Virus record (IMG/VR): IMGVR_UViG_3300001598_000040
Span: 20,217 to 84,216 of that record
Reading direction: 5' to 3' (one strand)
Source: a virus
Lineage: Duplodnaviria; Caudoviricetes
Length of the DNA: 64,000 bases
Part shown: positions 20,099 to 29,165 of the stretch, in pieces
Position numbering within the stretch: position 1 is the stretch's first letter
Layout: each line of letters starts with the position of its first letter
The notes under the pieces: generated by a model
What the model was told of the DNA's origin: nothing
What the model saw: only the letters and a program-made list of their open reading frames with translations
Database searches by the model: none
Program-made: the position numbers and the translations under genes

Positions 20099-20264
20099 AT
20101 AGTTTGGGAATTTAAGGAGTTGCACCTTCTGTTTCACTGGTATTCCCATATTCGGGGTGGTTAACCCCGATTAATTTATCTTAGAAAGGATGATAAATTT
20201 TTATGGAGTTTTAAAGTCAACTAACTGCACATCTGTTGTCATAGGAAGTTTTGCTATTCCTTTA

Positions 20265-20341
20265 TGGGTGCGAGAACAGGATTTGAACCTGTGACCTTCT
20301 GATAATGAGTCAGACGAGCTACCAAACTGCTCCATCTCGCT
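20265..20341 (-). tRNA. tRNA-Met(CAT), initiator-like
   Basis: Cloverleaf, CU-CAU-UA anticodon loop, 1:72 mismatch, encoded CCA. Confidence 0.9.
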
Positions 20342-20429
20342 ATATGTAAAGATGTGATAACCTTAACTAAAAGGGAGGATGCACTATGGAAAACACATTT
20401 TATTTTTATCACATCTTCATTACATATAT

Positions 20430-20458
20430 ATTATATCAAAAATTTTTTTTAAAATCAA
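20430..20458 (-). promoter_or_regulatory. sigmaA-type promoter upstream of tRNA-Met and the ROOL-like RNA
   Basis: TTGATT-17bp-TATAAT with extended TG. Confidence 0.7.
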
Positions 20459-20587
20459 ATTTTTATATAATATATTTTTAAACATCTCTAATCCGCACGA
20501 TAGTCCGATAACTTGATGTTTTGAGTTTGTCGAAAGACTTGAGAAAAAAAATTTTTTTTGAAAGGAGGCATTTAAACTAGAAGCCTC

Positions 20588-20663
20588 TGGAGCTAGTGAT
20601 AAGAATCGAACTTACAACATCCTCATTACAAGTGAGGTACTCTGCCTATTGAGCTACACTAGC
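20588..20663 (-). tRNA. tRNA-Thr(TGT)
   Basis: Cloverleaf, CCUCA-CUUGUAA-UGAGG, GUUCGAUUC T-loop, CCA. Confidence 0.95.
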
Positions 20664-20669
20664 ATAAAT

Positions 20670-20757
20670 TGGAGGAAAGTGTGAGATTTGAATTCACGGA
20701 GGTATTACCCTCTACACATTAGCAATGTGTTGGTTTAAGCCGCTCACCCAACTTTCC
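20670..20757 (-). tRNA. tRNA-Ser(GCT)
   Basis: Cloverleaf with long variable arm, anticodon GCU, CCA. Confidence 0.92.
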
Positions 20758-20761
20758 ATAT

Positions 20762-20837
20762 TGGTGAGAATGGAGAGGCTTGAACTCTCAACTCCAACAT
20801 TAAAAGTGTTGTACTCTGCCTATTGAGTTACATTCTC
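20762..20837 (-). tRNA. tRNA-Lys(TTT)
   Basis: Cloverleaf, CAACA-CUUUUAA-UGUUG, CCA. Confidence 0.95.
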
Positions 20838-21067
20838 GTGTGGGCGGTTGTGTGTTATACACTAAAGACTAACCGCCTTAGCCTATTAAATATCTGCCAA
20901 GCGTTTCAAGCACTCTTTAGTTTCTATTTAATCAATAGAAACAATCACGCATAATCCATTAGTGCTATGGATGTTTGGACTCACTCTAAGTAACTACGCC
21001 GCATTTCAGCTTTGCGTTCTTAAAGGATGTTGTGTCATTTTTAAATCGCACACACATTTTGCGATAT

Positions 21068-21151
21068 TGGTGCGGAAGGAGAGACTTGAACTCTCACGAC
21101 CGAAGTCTGCGGATTTTAAGTCCGCTATGTCTGCCATTCCATCACATCCGC
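21068..21151 (-). tRNA. tRNA-Leu(TAA)
   Basis: Cloverleaf with variable arm, GCGGA-CUUAAAA-UCCGC, CCA. Confidence 0.95.
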
Positions 21152-21264
21152 AGATTTATAAGTCAACCATAAAGGAAAGTCAGAGTCCTTTTACTTTTAC
21201 AACTTATTTGGACGATTAGGATACTTATATTAAAGTGTAGTTTCCTAAACAAACACTGTGATTA

Positions 21265-21519
21265 TTAATCATCAATCGTTTTTACAACGAATACATCCCA
21301 TACTTCTGGACCTTTAAATTCTACATACTCCTGATCGTCATAATCAATAGTTGAATATGTAAAATCATTTGTCATCCAATATTCAGTAAATTCTTTTTGA
21401 ACTAATTCATCTCTATATTCTCTTGCCTTATCAATATCATTAAAAATTTTATCGCAACAAGTATTTACCATATCATCTAAATCTGTGTAATAAATGTGTT
21501 GTACTAAATATCTTTTCAT
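21265..21519 (-). CDS. hypothetical protein
   Basis: ORF track; promoter and RBS upstream. Confidence 0.55.
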   Translation of the reverse strand: MKRYLVQHIYYTDLDDMVNTCCDKIFNDIDKAREYRDELVQKEFTEYWMTNDFTYSTIDYDDQEYVEFKGPEVWDVFVVKTIDD

Positions 21520-21558
21520 AAATTTATAATCCTTTCTTAAATTATATCAAAAATTTTT

Positions 21559-21807
21559 TTAAGAGTCAATTTTTTCAATTGGACACCAATAAGTTACTTC
21601 TTCTGCTGGTAATAGTCTATCATTCACAACGAATCCGCAGAATTGTTTACCATCATTAAAGAAATCTTCTTCATATTGAGTAACATAATAACTTCCGTCA
21701 TATGCAATTAATATATCATCAGATATATTACATATAAAATCTTCAACAAAAGATTTCTTCAGTGGAGGAAGTTCATTTTTAACTAATTTCCATTCCATTT
21801 TTAACAC
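21559..21807 (-). CDS. DUF551-like small phage protein
   Basis: EWKLVKNELP...VTYWCPI matches the W..V..LP...VTHW pattern. Confidence 0.55.
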   Translation of the reverse strand: MLKMEWKLVKNELPPLKKSFVEDFICNISDDILIAYDGSYYVTQYEEDFFNDGKQFCGFVVNDRLLPAEEVTYWCPIEKIDS

Positions 21808-21862
21808 TCCTTTAACTTAATTACATATATATTATATCATATATTTTTAAAAAAATCAAATG

Positions 21863-22093
21863 TTAATTTTTACCATTTTCTTCTGTGTTCTCAATCATAA
21901 TCCAATATATATGAGAACCATAATCACAGTATTCAATATTATTTTCTATCCATCCTCGATAATATAATGCTTCTCTGCCTGTAGTCTTAACTACATAATC
22001 ATATATAAATTTATTAATCGTATCTCTATTATCAAAAGAATTAAGTAAATTTTTTTTATCTTCCATAATGGAATATAAATATACATTATACAT
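21863..22093 (-). CDS. hypothetical protein
   Basis: ORF track; RBS. Confidence 0.5.
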   Translation of the reverse strand: MYNVYLYSIMEDKKNLLNSFDNRDTINKFIYDYVVKTTGREALYYRGWIENNIEYCDYGSHIYWIMIENTEENGKN

Positions 22094-22105
22094 ATCATAT
22101 CTCCT

Positions 22106-22375
22106 TTAAGTATTCAATCCTAAAATATCTAAATACTGTTCAACTTTCTTTTCAATATCTTCTGCGGATTCACCTTGTTTACCAAAAGAATAACTATCAT
22201 TAATCTCCATAGGAGTTTTGGGAGCTGTTAGTGAGAAACATAATTGAACAACTTCTTCGTCATCTAAATGATAATTTACATATAGTTTTTTATCTATTAG
22301 TGCGGATCTTCCTTCATACATATTTAAAATGTCATTAATAGCTATTTGTTTTGCAGCATCTGAACTTTTAGCCAT
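22106..22375 (-). CDS. hypothetical protein
   Basis: ORF track; promoter and RBS. Confidence 0.55.
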   Translation of the reverse strand: MAKSSDAAKQIAINDILNMYEGRSALIDKKLYVNYHLDDEEVVQLCFSLTAPKTPMEINDSYSFGKQGESAEDIEKKVEQYLDILGLNT

Positions 22376-22427
22376 TTTATCACCTCTTTAATTTCTATAT
22401 ATATTATATAATATATTTTATAAAAAA

Positions 22428-22664
22428 TCAATTTTTAATCTCTAATGAGGACTCTTCAATTTCTTTATATTTATCCGAGTCTAAAATAAAATGAGGTTCT
22501 GGTTTAAAGTTATCACAATAGTAACAAAAATCCGCAGAATATGGAATACCAAATATCTGCAGAAATAAAGATTGAATTTGTTGTTTTGTAATATTATCTT
22601 GAACTTGAACTAGTTGTTCTCCTCGTTGTCCATTTTCTGTAAATACTCCAAGTAATAAATTCAT
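22428..22664 (-). CDS. hypothetical protein
   Basis: ORF track; RBS. Confidence 0.45.
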   Translation of the reverse strand: MNLLLGVFTENGQRGEQLVQVQDNITKQQIQSLFLQIFGIPYSADFCYYCDNFKPEPHFILDSDKYKEIEESSLEIKN

Positions 22665-23350
22665 TATATAGACTCCTTTTTATAATCGCGGCTGTCCGCT
22701 CTCATATATTCAATAGTACATTCATCATCTTCTATTATCATATAAGCCATTCTATGCTTTCTTACGCAGCCTGCGTCTAAATCAATATCATTATCTTTTA
22801 TAGGTATTACTGTTGGTGTATGACCATGCACATATATCAAATCTTCGTTTTTATAAAAATAATCCCTATTCCAACTGTAGTCATTACCAATATTTCTATT
22901 AAAGCTATTATAAAAATCTATACCATCTTTTGATGATAATAATTCTTCATCTTCATTCTGCGGATATAATGAGTGGCTAAATCTATAGTTGTCAAATTTA
23001 TATAACCATTGTGAGTTTTTAACTAGCCATTTACAGTCCTCCGTCATATCTTCAGAATGATAACTATCAATTGTCTGAAAACCGCCATTGTTATACCAAC
23101 AAGATTTTGAAGTTATATCCCTAAATAAAACAGCTTCACACCACATTATATCGTGATTACCTCTAAGTATAATACAATCATCATTATATTTATTTTTCAT
23201 TTCCTTTAATAATTCAATAACTTTTTTAGTGTTTAAACCTCTATCGCAATAGTCACCAAGAAAAATAATTTTATCAAATATATCTAAATCTATAACTTTT
23301 TTAGCCGTGTAATAAAATCCGTGTATGTCAGTTAGCACTAAAGTTTTCAT
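22664..23350 (-). CDS. PPP-family Ser/Thr protein phosphatase (lambda-phosphatase-like)
   Basis: TDIHG, GDYCDRG, RGNHD, SH, HGHTP, LDAG motifs. Confidence 0.88.
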   Translation of the reverse strand: MKTLVLTDIHGFYYTAKKVIDLDIFDKIIFLGDYCDRGLNTKKVIELLKEMKNKYNDDCIILRGNHDIMWCEAVLFRDITSKSCWYNNGGFQTIDSYHSEDMTEDCKWLVKNSQWLYKFDNYRFSHSLYPQNEDEELLSSKDGIDFYNSFNRNIGNDYSWNRDYFYKNEDLIYVHGHTPTVIPIKDNDIDLDAGCVRKHRMAYMIIEDDECTIEYMRADSRDYKKESI

Positions 23351-23444
23351 TTTTTTTCATCTCCTTAATTATTTTTATTAGCAAATAAAGCAATTGTAGT
23401 TTAATTATTTAAAAAAATTTTTTAAATTATGTATTTTCTATCAT

Positions 23445-23954
23445 TCATATAATTTCAATTAAAGAATTTTTCATTAGTGATAATGCTAGATTGTGATTAT
23501 CTTTAGTTGAACCCGCACATAAATTAGCTTTAACTTTAATAGGAATATAAGGAAAAGCGTTTCTTAATATAATAGCATTATTTAAAACACAAATATCAGT
23601 ACATACTCCAACAAGAGTAATAGATTCTATATTCTTATATTTCTGCAATTCTTTAACTAATTTTAAGCTACCAAAAGTTGATTTGCGGATAAATATAGTA
23701 TCTTCATCTGTTGTTTTCATTAGTAAAGATGGAATTTCCCATCCCTGAGAAGAATGGTAACAATGTTTTGGAATATTCTTACCTTCTATTGTAAGTTTAT
23801 ATCTAATATCGTGAGTGTCTTGAGTAAATACTTTAAGACCATTAAAATTTTTACAGAGTTTAGCTATTTTTGGTACTAAATCTTTTGCGTGCGGATTCCG
23901 CAGTGTACCATCGATAAAATCATTTTGCATATCTACTATTACTAATACATCCAT
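23445..23954 (-). CDS. pncA: nicotinamidase / isochorismatase-family cysteine hydrolase
   Basis: VDMQNDF, DTH, HC, KSTF, GVCTDICV; start moved to MDVLV because of the RBS. Confidence 0.8.
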   Translation of the reverse strand: MDVLVIVDMQNDFIDGTLRNPHAKDLVPKIAKLCKNFNGLKVFTQDTHDIRYKLTIEGKNIPKHCYHSSQGWEIPSLLMKTTDEDTIFIRKSTFGSLKLVKELQKYKNIESITLVGVCTDICVLNNAIILRNAFPYIPIKVKANLCAGSTKDNHNLALSLMKNSLIEII

Positions 23955-23968
23955 ATTATTTCTCCTTC

Positions 23969-24196
23969 TTATGAATACCATTTTAGAGCTTTTTCAAATA
24001 TTGTAACTCCTTCTTCATACCCTAAACTTTTTAATACTTTACACATTAAGTTATCCATATCTCTATGCATATCTTCTTTGTCATATTTATTATATAAATA
24101 TTGATGAGACGATTCCGCATTTTCTTCTGTGTCGATATATACTTGCATTTTAAATGCAAATTCTTCAGGCGTTATAACATCTTTTCCATTTTTCAT
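23969..24196 (-). CDS. hypothetical protein
   Basis: ORF track; RBS. Confidence 0.55.
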   Translation of the reverse strand: MKNGKDVITPEEFAFKMQVYIDTEENAESSHQYLYNKYDKEDMHRDMDNLMCKVLKSLGYEEGVTIFEKALKWYS

Positions 24197-24211
24197 TTTA
24201 ATATCTCCTAT

Positions 24212-24418
24212 TTAATCTTCAGTTATAAAAGCCAATTCAATACATTCATTATTACAATATTGAATATTAATATTATCTTCTGAAGATTCTATCTTTATAG
24301 TATAGTTATTAGTAATTAAAGTCTTTATTATATTATTAATATCATTAAAATAATCATTATTATCTTTATAATTGTATCTATACAATTTTAAAGTGTCTAT
24401 ATACTCAGTTATTTTCAT
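24212..24418 (-). CDS. hypothetical protein
   Basis: ORF track. Confidence 0.45.
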   Translation of the reverse strand: MKITEYIDTLKLYRYNYKDNNDYFNDINNIIKTLITNNYTIKIESSEDNINIQYCNNECIELAFITED

Positions 24419-24618
24419 TATTTATTCTCCTTTTCTTTTACTTTATTAATTACAGCATCACAAAATGAAAATGTTTTTAAAGGTTTTCCTGTGAACTCTA
24501 TAAACACATTAGCTAATTTATTATTTTCTTCAATAGCACAATAAAGATCATTCAACTTCTCCACAGGAAGTCCAGTTAGTTTACTAATAGTTTTCATTAA
24601 TTCAATTTCTTTATTCAT
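24418..24618 (-). CDS. hypothetical protein
   Basis: ORF track; RBS. Confidence 0.45.
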   Translation of the reverse strand: MNKEIELMKTISKLTGLPVEKLNDLYCAIEENNKLANVFIEFTGKPLKTFSFCDAVINKVKEKENK

Positions 24619-24740
24619 ATTTAATTCATTCCTTTCATATTTTCTATAATTATTATATAATATTTTTTTATTATAATCAACTTAGGAAAATTTTCTAATC
24701 CGCCGAGAAAATGTGAGATATTTATATTACTTTCCATTAA

Positions 24741-24769
24741 TTGATAATTAGAAAATTTTTTGGTATAAT
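24741..24769 (+). promoter_or_regulatory. sigmaA-type promoter of the FNT gene
   Basis: TTGATA-17bp-TATAAT with extended TG. Confidence 0.7.
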
Positions 24770-24800
24770 AATTATAGAGTAAAAATAAAGGAGAATAGAT

Positions 24801-25370
24801 ATGTTCAAAACAATAGACAAGCATTTAAAGGAAAGTTTTATAGCGGGCTTTCTTATTGCAATAGCAACAATTTTATATTTAATACTACTTCCTGTAAATA
24901 GTATATTAGCTGCATTTATGTTTTCCGCAGGGTTATATAGTGTATTTAGTTATAATGTTCCACTTTTTACAGGAGTATCAGGTAGATTTATAGAGGGACA
25001 AAAATCTTTAAGTAATATAGGTCTAATACTCATAGGTAATTTAGTAGGAGTGGCTTTTGTCGCTTTAGTGTTAGCTCCGAATATGCTAGTTACGATTCCA
25101 ACTTTAAGTATTAGTGGAATTGTCGCACGATCCTTTATCTGCGGAATTTTTATTGAAGCCGCAGTTCAAAGTAAATATAGCAATACTGCAATTCTTAGCA
25201 CTATATTATATGTGATGGGATTCCTTTTAAGTGGCGGCGCGCATTGTATAGTATGGGCTTTCTATTTTATCTATGGTTGTAATATAAATCCACTATATCT
25301 AATTGTTATAATTATAGGTAATTTCGTAGGTTGTAATTTTATAGGATTATTAAAAAAAGAGAAGAATTAA
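24801..25370 (+). CDS. formate/nitrite transporter (FNT)-family membrane protein, short form
   Basis: About six hydrophobic segments; AGFLIA, LFTG, GNLVG, CG, FLLSGGAHCI, GNFVG motifs. Confidence 0.75.
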   Translation: MFKTIDKHLKESFIAGFLIAIATILYLILLPVNSILAAFMFSAGLYSVFSYNVPLFTGVSGRFIEGQKSLSNIGLILIGNLVGVAFVALVLAPNMLVTIPTLSISGIVARSFICGIFIEAAVQSKYSNTAILSTILYVMGFLLSGGAHCIVWAFYFIYGCNINPLYLIVIIIGNFVGCNFIGLLKKEKN

Positions 25371-25658
25371 TCTTCTCTTTTTATCTATGAGATATATTCG
25401 TATTTAATAGGTAGAAATTTCCATTTTATTGTACTTTTATTTAAATACTGAAATTCAAGATCAGAAGTTAACCTATATAAAGTTTTAGTTAAATCTAAAC
25501 ATTTCATATGGTTTAACTCCTAATTCATTGAATATATTTTCAATTATTTTATTCATATTTCATTCCTCTTTCCTATTCATTTTCTATATATATATTATAT
25601 AATAATTTTTTATATAAAACAAAAAGAGTGGTCAAAAGACCACTCCTCTTTATAAGAT

Positions 25659-26045
25659 TTAGGCAAGTGTATAAACTGTCTTATTACCTTTTGATGTAGC
25701 AACCTTTTTCTTAGCAGCTTCACCAACAGTAACAAGTTGATTAAGTCTTGATTGAACAATACCGTGTGTAAGATCCTTATCACCAATCTCAGCAAGAATA
25801 TCATCAGCAGACTTCTCTGTTTCAGCATCAAGATATGACTTAACTAATGCTCTTACCTCATCGCCAAGTTCCTTTCTCTTTGCAGCTCTCTCTTGATCTG
25901 AAGCGTGTCTCTTGTCGATTAGAGTAATCTCATTCTTTACGAACTCAACAAGCTCTTCCTTAACTTCCGCAGTATAAGTTGTATCATTTGTACCTACTGC
26001 ACTAAGAATCTCCACTAACTTTTCAAACTTTTCTCTCTTTGTCAT
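25659..26045 (-). CDS. winged-helix protein (paralog of 34134-34520)
   Basis: Start MTKREK; EFVKNEITLIDKR...SRLNQLV..G...K..VYTL. Confidence 0.6.
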   Translation of the reverse strand: MTKREKFEKLVEILSAVGTNDTTYTAEVKEELVEFVKNEITLIDKRHASDQERAAKRKELGDEVRALVKSYLDAETEKSADDILAEIGDKDLTHGIVQSRLNQLVTVGEAAKKKVATSKGNKTVYTLA

Positions 26046-26221
26046 AATTAAAATCTCCTTTAAAATATTATAGTTTATTATTTTTAGATGTCTATCCATC
26101 TCTATAATTATTATATCATAATTTTTTTATAAAGTCAAAACTTTTTAAAATTTTATGCTTTTTACAAGATGGATATTCAATCTTTATTACATATTTATTA
26201 TATCATAATTTTTTGATAAAA

Positions 26222-26428
26222 TCAAATTTTTTCTTCAGGGTTTTCAAAATTTTCATATACTTCTTTAATTTCTAAAGCATCTTTTTCTACATCTTCTGAT
26301 ATTTCTTTCTTTGAAAAAACATCCAATAGAATATTATTTAAAGTATTCATTTGTCTGGTTAAAAGTATTAATTGTTTAATTATTAAATCATTTTGTGATA
26401 TAATTAGCTTTTCATTTTCATTTTCCAT
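26222..26428 (-). CDS. hypothetical protein
   Basis: ORF track; RBS. Confidence 0.45.
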   Translation of the reverse strand: MENENEKLIISQNDLIIKQLILLTRQMNTLNNILLDVFSKKEISEDVEKDALEIKEVYENFENPEEKI

Positions 26429-26875
26429 AACTATCCCTCCTTTACGACAGTAAAGTCATATTCTGTGACATCTCCAGAATCTACTCTGTCAATAAGTTCT
26501 CTTAAAGCCAATTCCTTAGCATAAGACTCAACATCAACATACTCGTAATTAAGATCTTCGACATCAACATCCATTTCAAAAACAAATCTAACATTCATAA
26601 ATTTTTCATCCTTTCGTATTTTCTATATATATTATATAATATTTTTTCATATAAATCAAATTTTTATTTTTGATATTTTTCTCTGACAAAAGACATTGCA
26701 TCTTCTAAAGAACCTTTAAAAACTTGTTTATTATCTACAAATAGAATGTAGTCATCTTTATCTTTTGAAACGCGGATTTCGCAGTTATTCATTGTCTTTT
26801 CTCCTCCTTATCATCTCTATCCATTGAAGAATACCAACTATTAGAATTAGAAAACTAAAATTACCACTTAGCATT

Positions 26876-27139
26876 TCAGTTACTATCGTAGTTATAAATT
26901 GCGTCATCGCCATTTTCCTCTCTGTCATAAAGACCTTTATATTTCTCGTTTGACATATAAATAAAACTACCTTCATCTTCAAACGCATATTCTATTCCTA
27001 TTTCAAAATCATTAGAGAAAATAGATATATTATATCCTTGTTTTAATAATATTTCAATAATTTTATTCATATCACTTAGCAACTCTGAAAAATGGTCATA
27101 ATTATTTTTTATAAGGTATAAAACTGTAGTTTTAACCAT
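26876..27139 (-). CDS. hypothetical protein
   Basis: ORF track; RBS. Confidence 0.5.
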   Translation of the reverse strand: MVKTTVLYLIKNNYDHFSELLSDMNKIIEILLKQGYNISIFSNDFEIGIEYAFEDEGSFIYMSNEKYKGLYDREENGDDAIYNYDSN

Positions 27140-27152
27140 TCTATCTCTCCTT

Positions 27153-27371
27153 TTAAATTTTATTATAAAGTTTTTGTAATACTCCCTGCGGAATATCTGT
27201 CCAGTCTAGACCGATGCCGCAGTGTTTACAAAAGTTATAACTATTATCTACAAAAGTAGAACAAATAGGACAAACATAGAATCGACAATCATACGGCGCA
27301 GGCGCTGGTCTAATATTTGTCTTTCTATCATACCATTCATTAATTATATTTTCAGTAGTAGTTCTTTCCAT
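27153..27371 (-). CDS. Zn-ribbon protein
   Basis: CPIC...FCKHCG..LDW. Confidence 0.6.
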   Translation of the reverse strand: MERTTTENIINEWYDRKTNIRPAPAPYDCRFYVCPICSTFVDNSYNFCKHCGIGLDWTDIPQGVLQKLYNKI

Positions 27372-27374
27372 TTA

Positions 27375-28151
27375 TTATTCTCCTGTATTTACAATGTTTT
27401 GTATAACATTTCTCTTTTCCGCAAAATCCATTCCATAGCCAAACATACACTGTTTCTTTCCTAGATCTTCATTTTCAATAGTATAAACAGTAAAACCTTT
27501 TTGATGTTCAGAATGGATAGATTCATAAGGATGTTCTGTTTCTCTCAGTAATTCACACACCTCGCCGCAGCTCTTTCCTTCAATAGCTTTATTACCTATA
27601 TAATATTGTCCCATAGATAAAATGCTATTTCTGACGCAATCCTGTTGACGCCAAATAAAATAATTGCATACCTCTTCTTTAGGTAAAACAAAAACTCTAG
27701 CATCAAAAATTGGATTTGACTCTACTTTTTTCATTAGTGTGTTATAATATCTCTCATCTTCAGGATGTTCCATTTTGTAAAATTTTACTTGCTCAGTAAA
27801 CTTTTTATAAAATGTGATGGTAGTTAAACTTGCGGCAATGCTGACGAGCTTTTGAATGGTATTTTTAAACCACGGATCTGTGTTTAGATGCTCATAGTTA
27901 ATTAGTAATAGTGATATTTCATCACTTTGAGTATAAGCTAAACGGCAGCCCGCAATTTGAGTAAGTAGTTCATATGCGGTCTCATGCATTGCTGTTAAGA
28001 ATAAGTCATCAAATGGTTTCTTTAAGTCGCGTGTAAAAGTGTGGAATGCTTTTCCATCAATTCTAATAATTACAGGTAATCTTTTAGTTAAATTGCTCTG
28101 TGATGCACGCTCATATTCTTTCATTCTATTTCCTAAACTTGTTCTATCCAT
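27375..28151 (-). CDS. tRNA(His) guanylyltransferase Thg1-like protein (3'-5' polymerase)
   Basis: RIDGKAFHTFT, YTQSDEISL, FDARVF, YFIWRQQD. Confidence 0.92.
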   Translation of the reverse strand: MDRTSLGNRMKEYERASQSNLTKRLPVIIRIDGKAFHTFTRDLKKPFDDLFLTAMHETAYELLTQIAGCRLAYTQSDEISLLLINYEHLNTDPWFKNTIQKLVSIAASLTTITFYKKFTEQVKFYKMEHPEDERYYNTLMKKVESNPIFDARVFVLPKEEVCNYFIWRQQDCVRNSILSMGQYYIGNKAIEGKSCGEVCELLRETEHPYESIHSEHQKGFTVYTIENEDLGKKQCMFGYGMDFAEKRNVIQNIVNTGE

Positions 28152-28242
28152 ATCAATACCATTCCTTTCATATTTTCTATATATATTATATACTATTTTT
28201 TTATAAAAAACAAAAAAGACTCTCGTAATGAGAGTCTACTAA

Positions 28243-28767
28243 TCACTTGTCCGCAATTCTTTCAGTCCAATAGTTTATTTTACAATTCTTACAATTATTA
28301 TCACATTGTTCTTCTAGTTCAGGAGTTAAAACGCAAGGAAGAATATTAATGATATTATTACTATCCATTTCAACTGTTGGATATAATTTAAGAAATTCTT
28401 CTTGTCTTGTTGTACCGTGCGTGTTTAACCAGTCGAATACTATATTATACGCTTCTTTGTTGTCATTACATATCATTCTGCCGCATTCCTCTATCTCAAA
28501 GTCATTCCGTAGTTCAAAGAATTCGCATTCATCACAACTTTTATGAGAATTGCAGAATTTTACATAATCCTTCAATGTAATCTTATATTCTCCTCTTTTA
28601 GGCTCACCTAACCAATATTCTTTTTTACAATCAGAACATTCTTGATTGCAGACTGAACTATAGTGTCCATAATTTTTATCTATATTACAAGGATCAATTT
28701 CTAATATTCCAGATCTATCAACATAAGCATCTGGATATTGTTCTAAAAATATTTGCTGTCTCGTCAT
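28243..28767 (-). CDS. Cys-rich repeat protein (paralog of 39330-39683)
   Basis: Two TRQ..FL..YP...I.PC...C..C...YW units flanking a CxxxxxCxxC module. Confidence 0.6.
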   Translation of the reverse strand: MTRQQIFLEQYPDAYVDRSGILEIDPCNIDKNYGHYSSVCNQECSDCKKEYWLGEPKRGEYKITLKDYVKFCNSHKSCDECEFFELRNDFEIEECGRMICNDNKEAYNIVFDWLNTHGTTRQEEFLKLYPTVEMDSNNIINILPCVLTPELEEQCDNNCKNCKINYWTERIADK

Positions 28768-29165
28768 TATTTTCCCCTCTTTTCTTTATATGTTATTGTT
28801 TCTTTTTTACCTTTCTCTACTTCAATGTTTAATACTGCGTCTCTAATCCATAGGTCTTTGTTATATAGAATATCCTCGAACCATTTTTTAACTGCGGATA
28901 TGTCACAGTAATCCCGCAGATCACCAAATATAGTAACTGTATATCTTATTAAATCACTTTTATCAGGATTGAGATAGATGAAATAGTCTATTCCTCCCTC
29001 TGAACCTGTTGGTGTAAATCTTTCTGGGTATTCATCTTGTTCTTTCCATACTTTAACATCACTATCATTGTATAAAACTTTACCTATCTTTTCTTCAAGA
29101 TCTATATCATCAGCTCCTGAATGATGTATTCTAATAACTCCTATAATATGTGTCCATTTACTCAT
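28767..29165 (-). CDS. hypothetical protein
   Basis: ORF track; PTGSEG, FGDLRD motifs. Confidence 0.6.
   Translation of the reverse strand: MSKWTHIIGVIRIHHSGADDIDLEEKIGKVLYNDSDVKVWKEQDEYPERFTPTGSEGGIDYFIYLNPDKSDLIRYTVTIFGDLRDYCDISAVKKWFEDILYNKDLWIRDAVLNIEVEKGKKETITYKEKRGK

Noticed and set aside
20200-21070. tRNA-associated theta (HDV-like) ribozymes
   Set aside because: The 3' trailers show simple hairpins; I could not fit the nested double pseudoknot or the catalytic C motif
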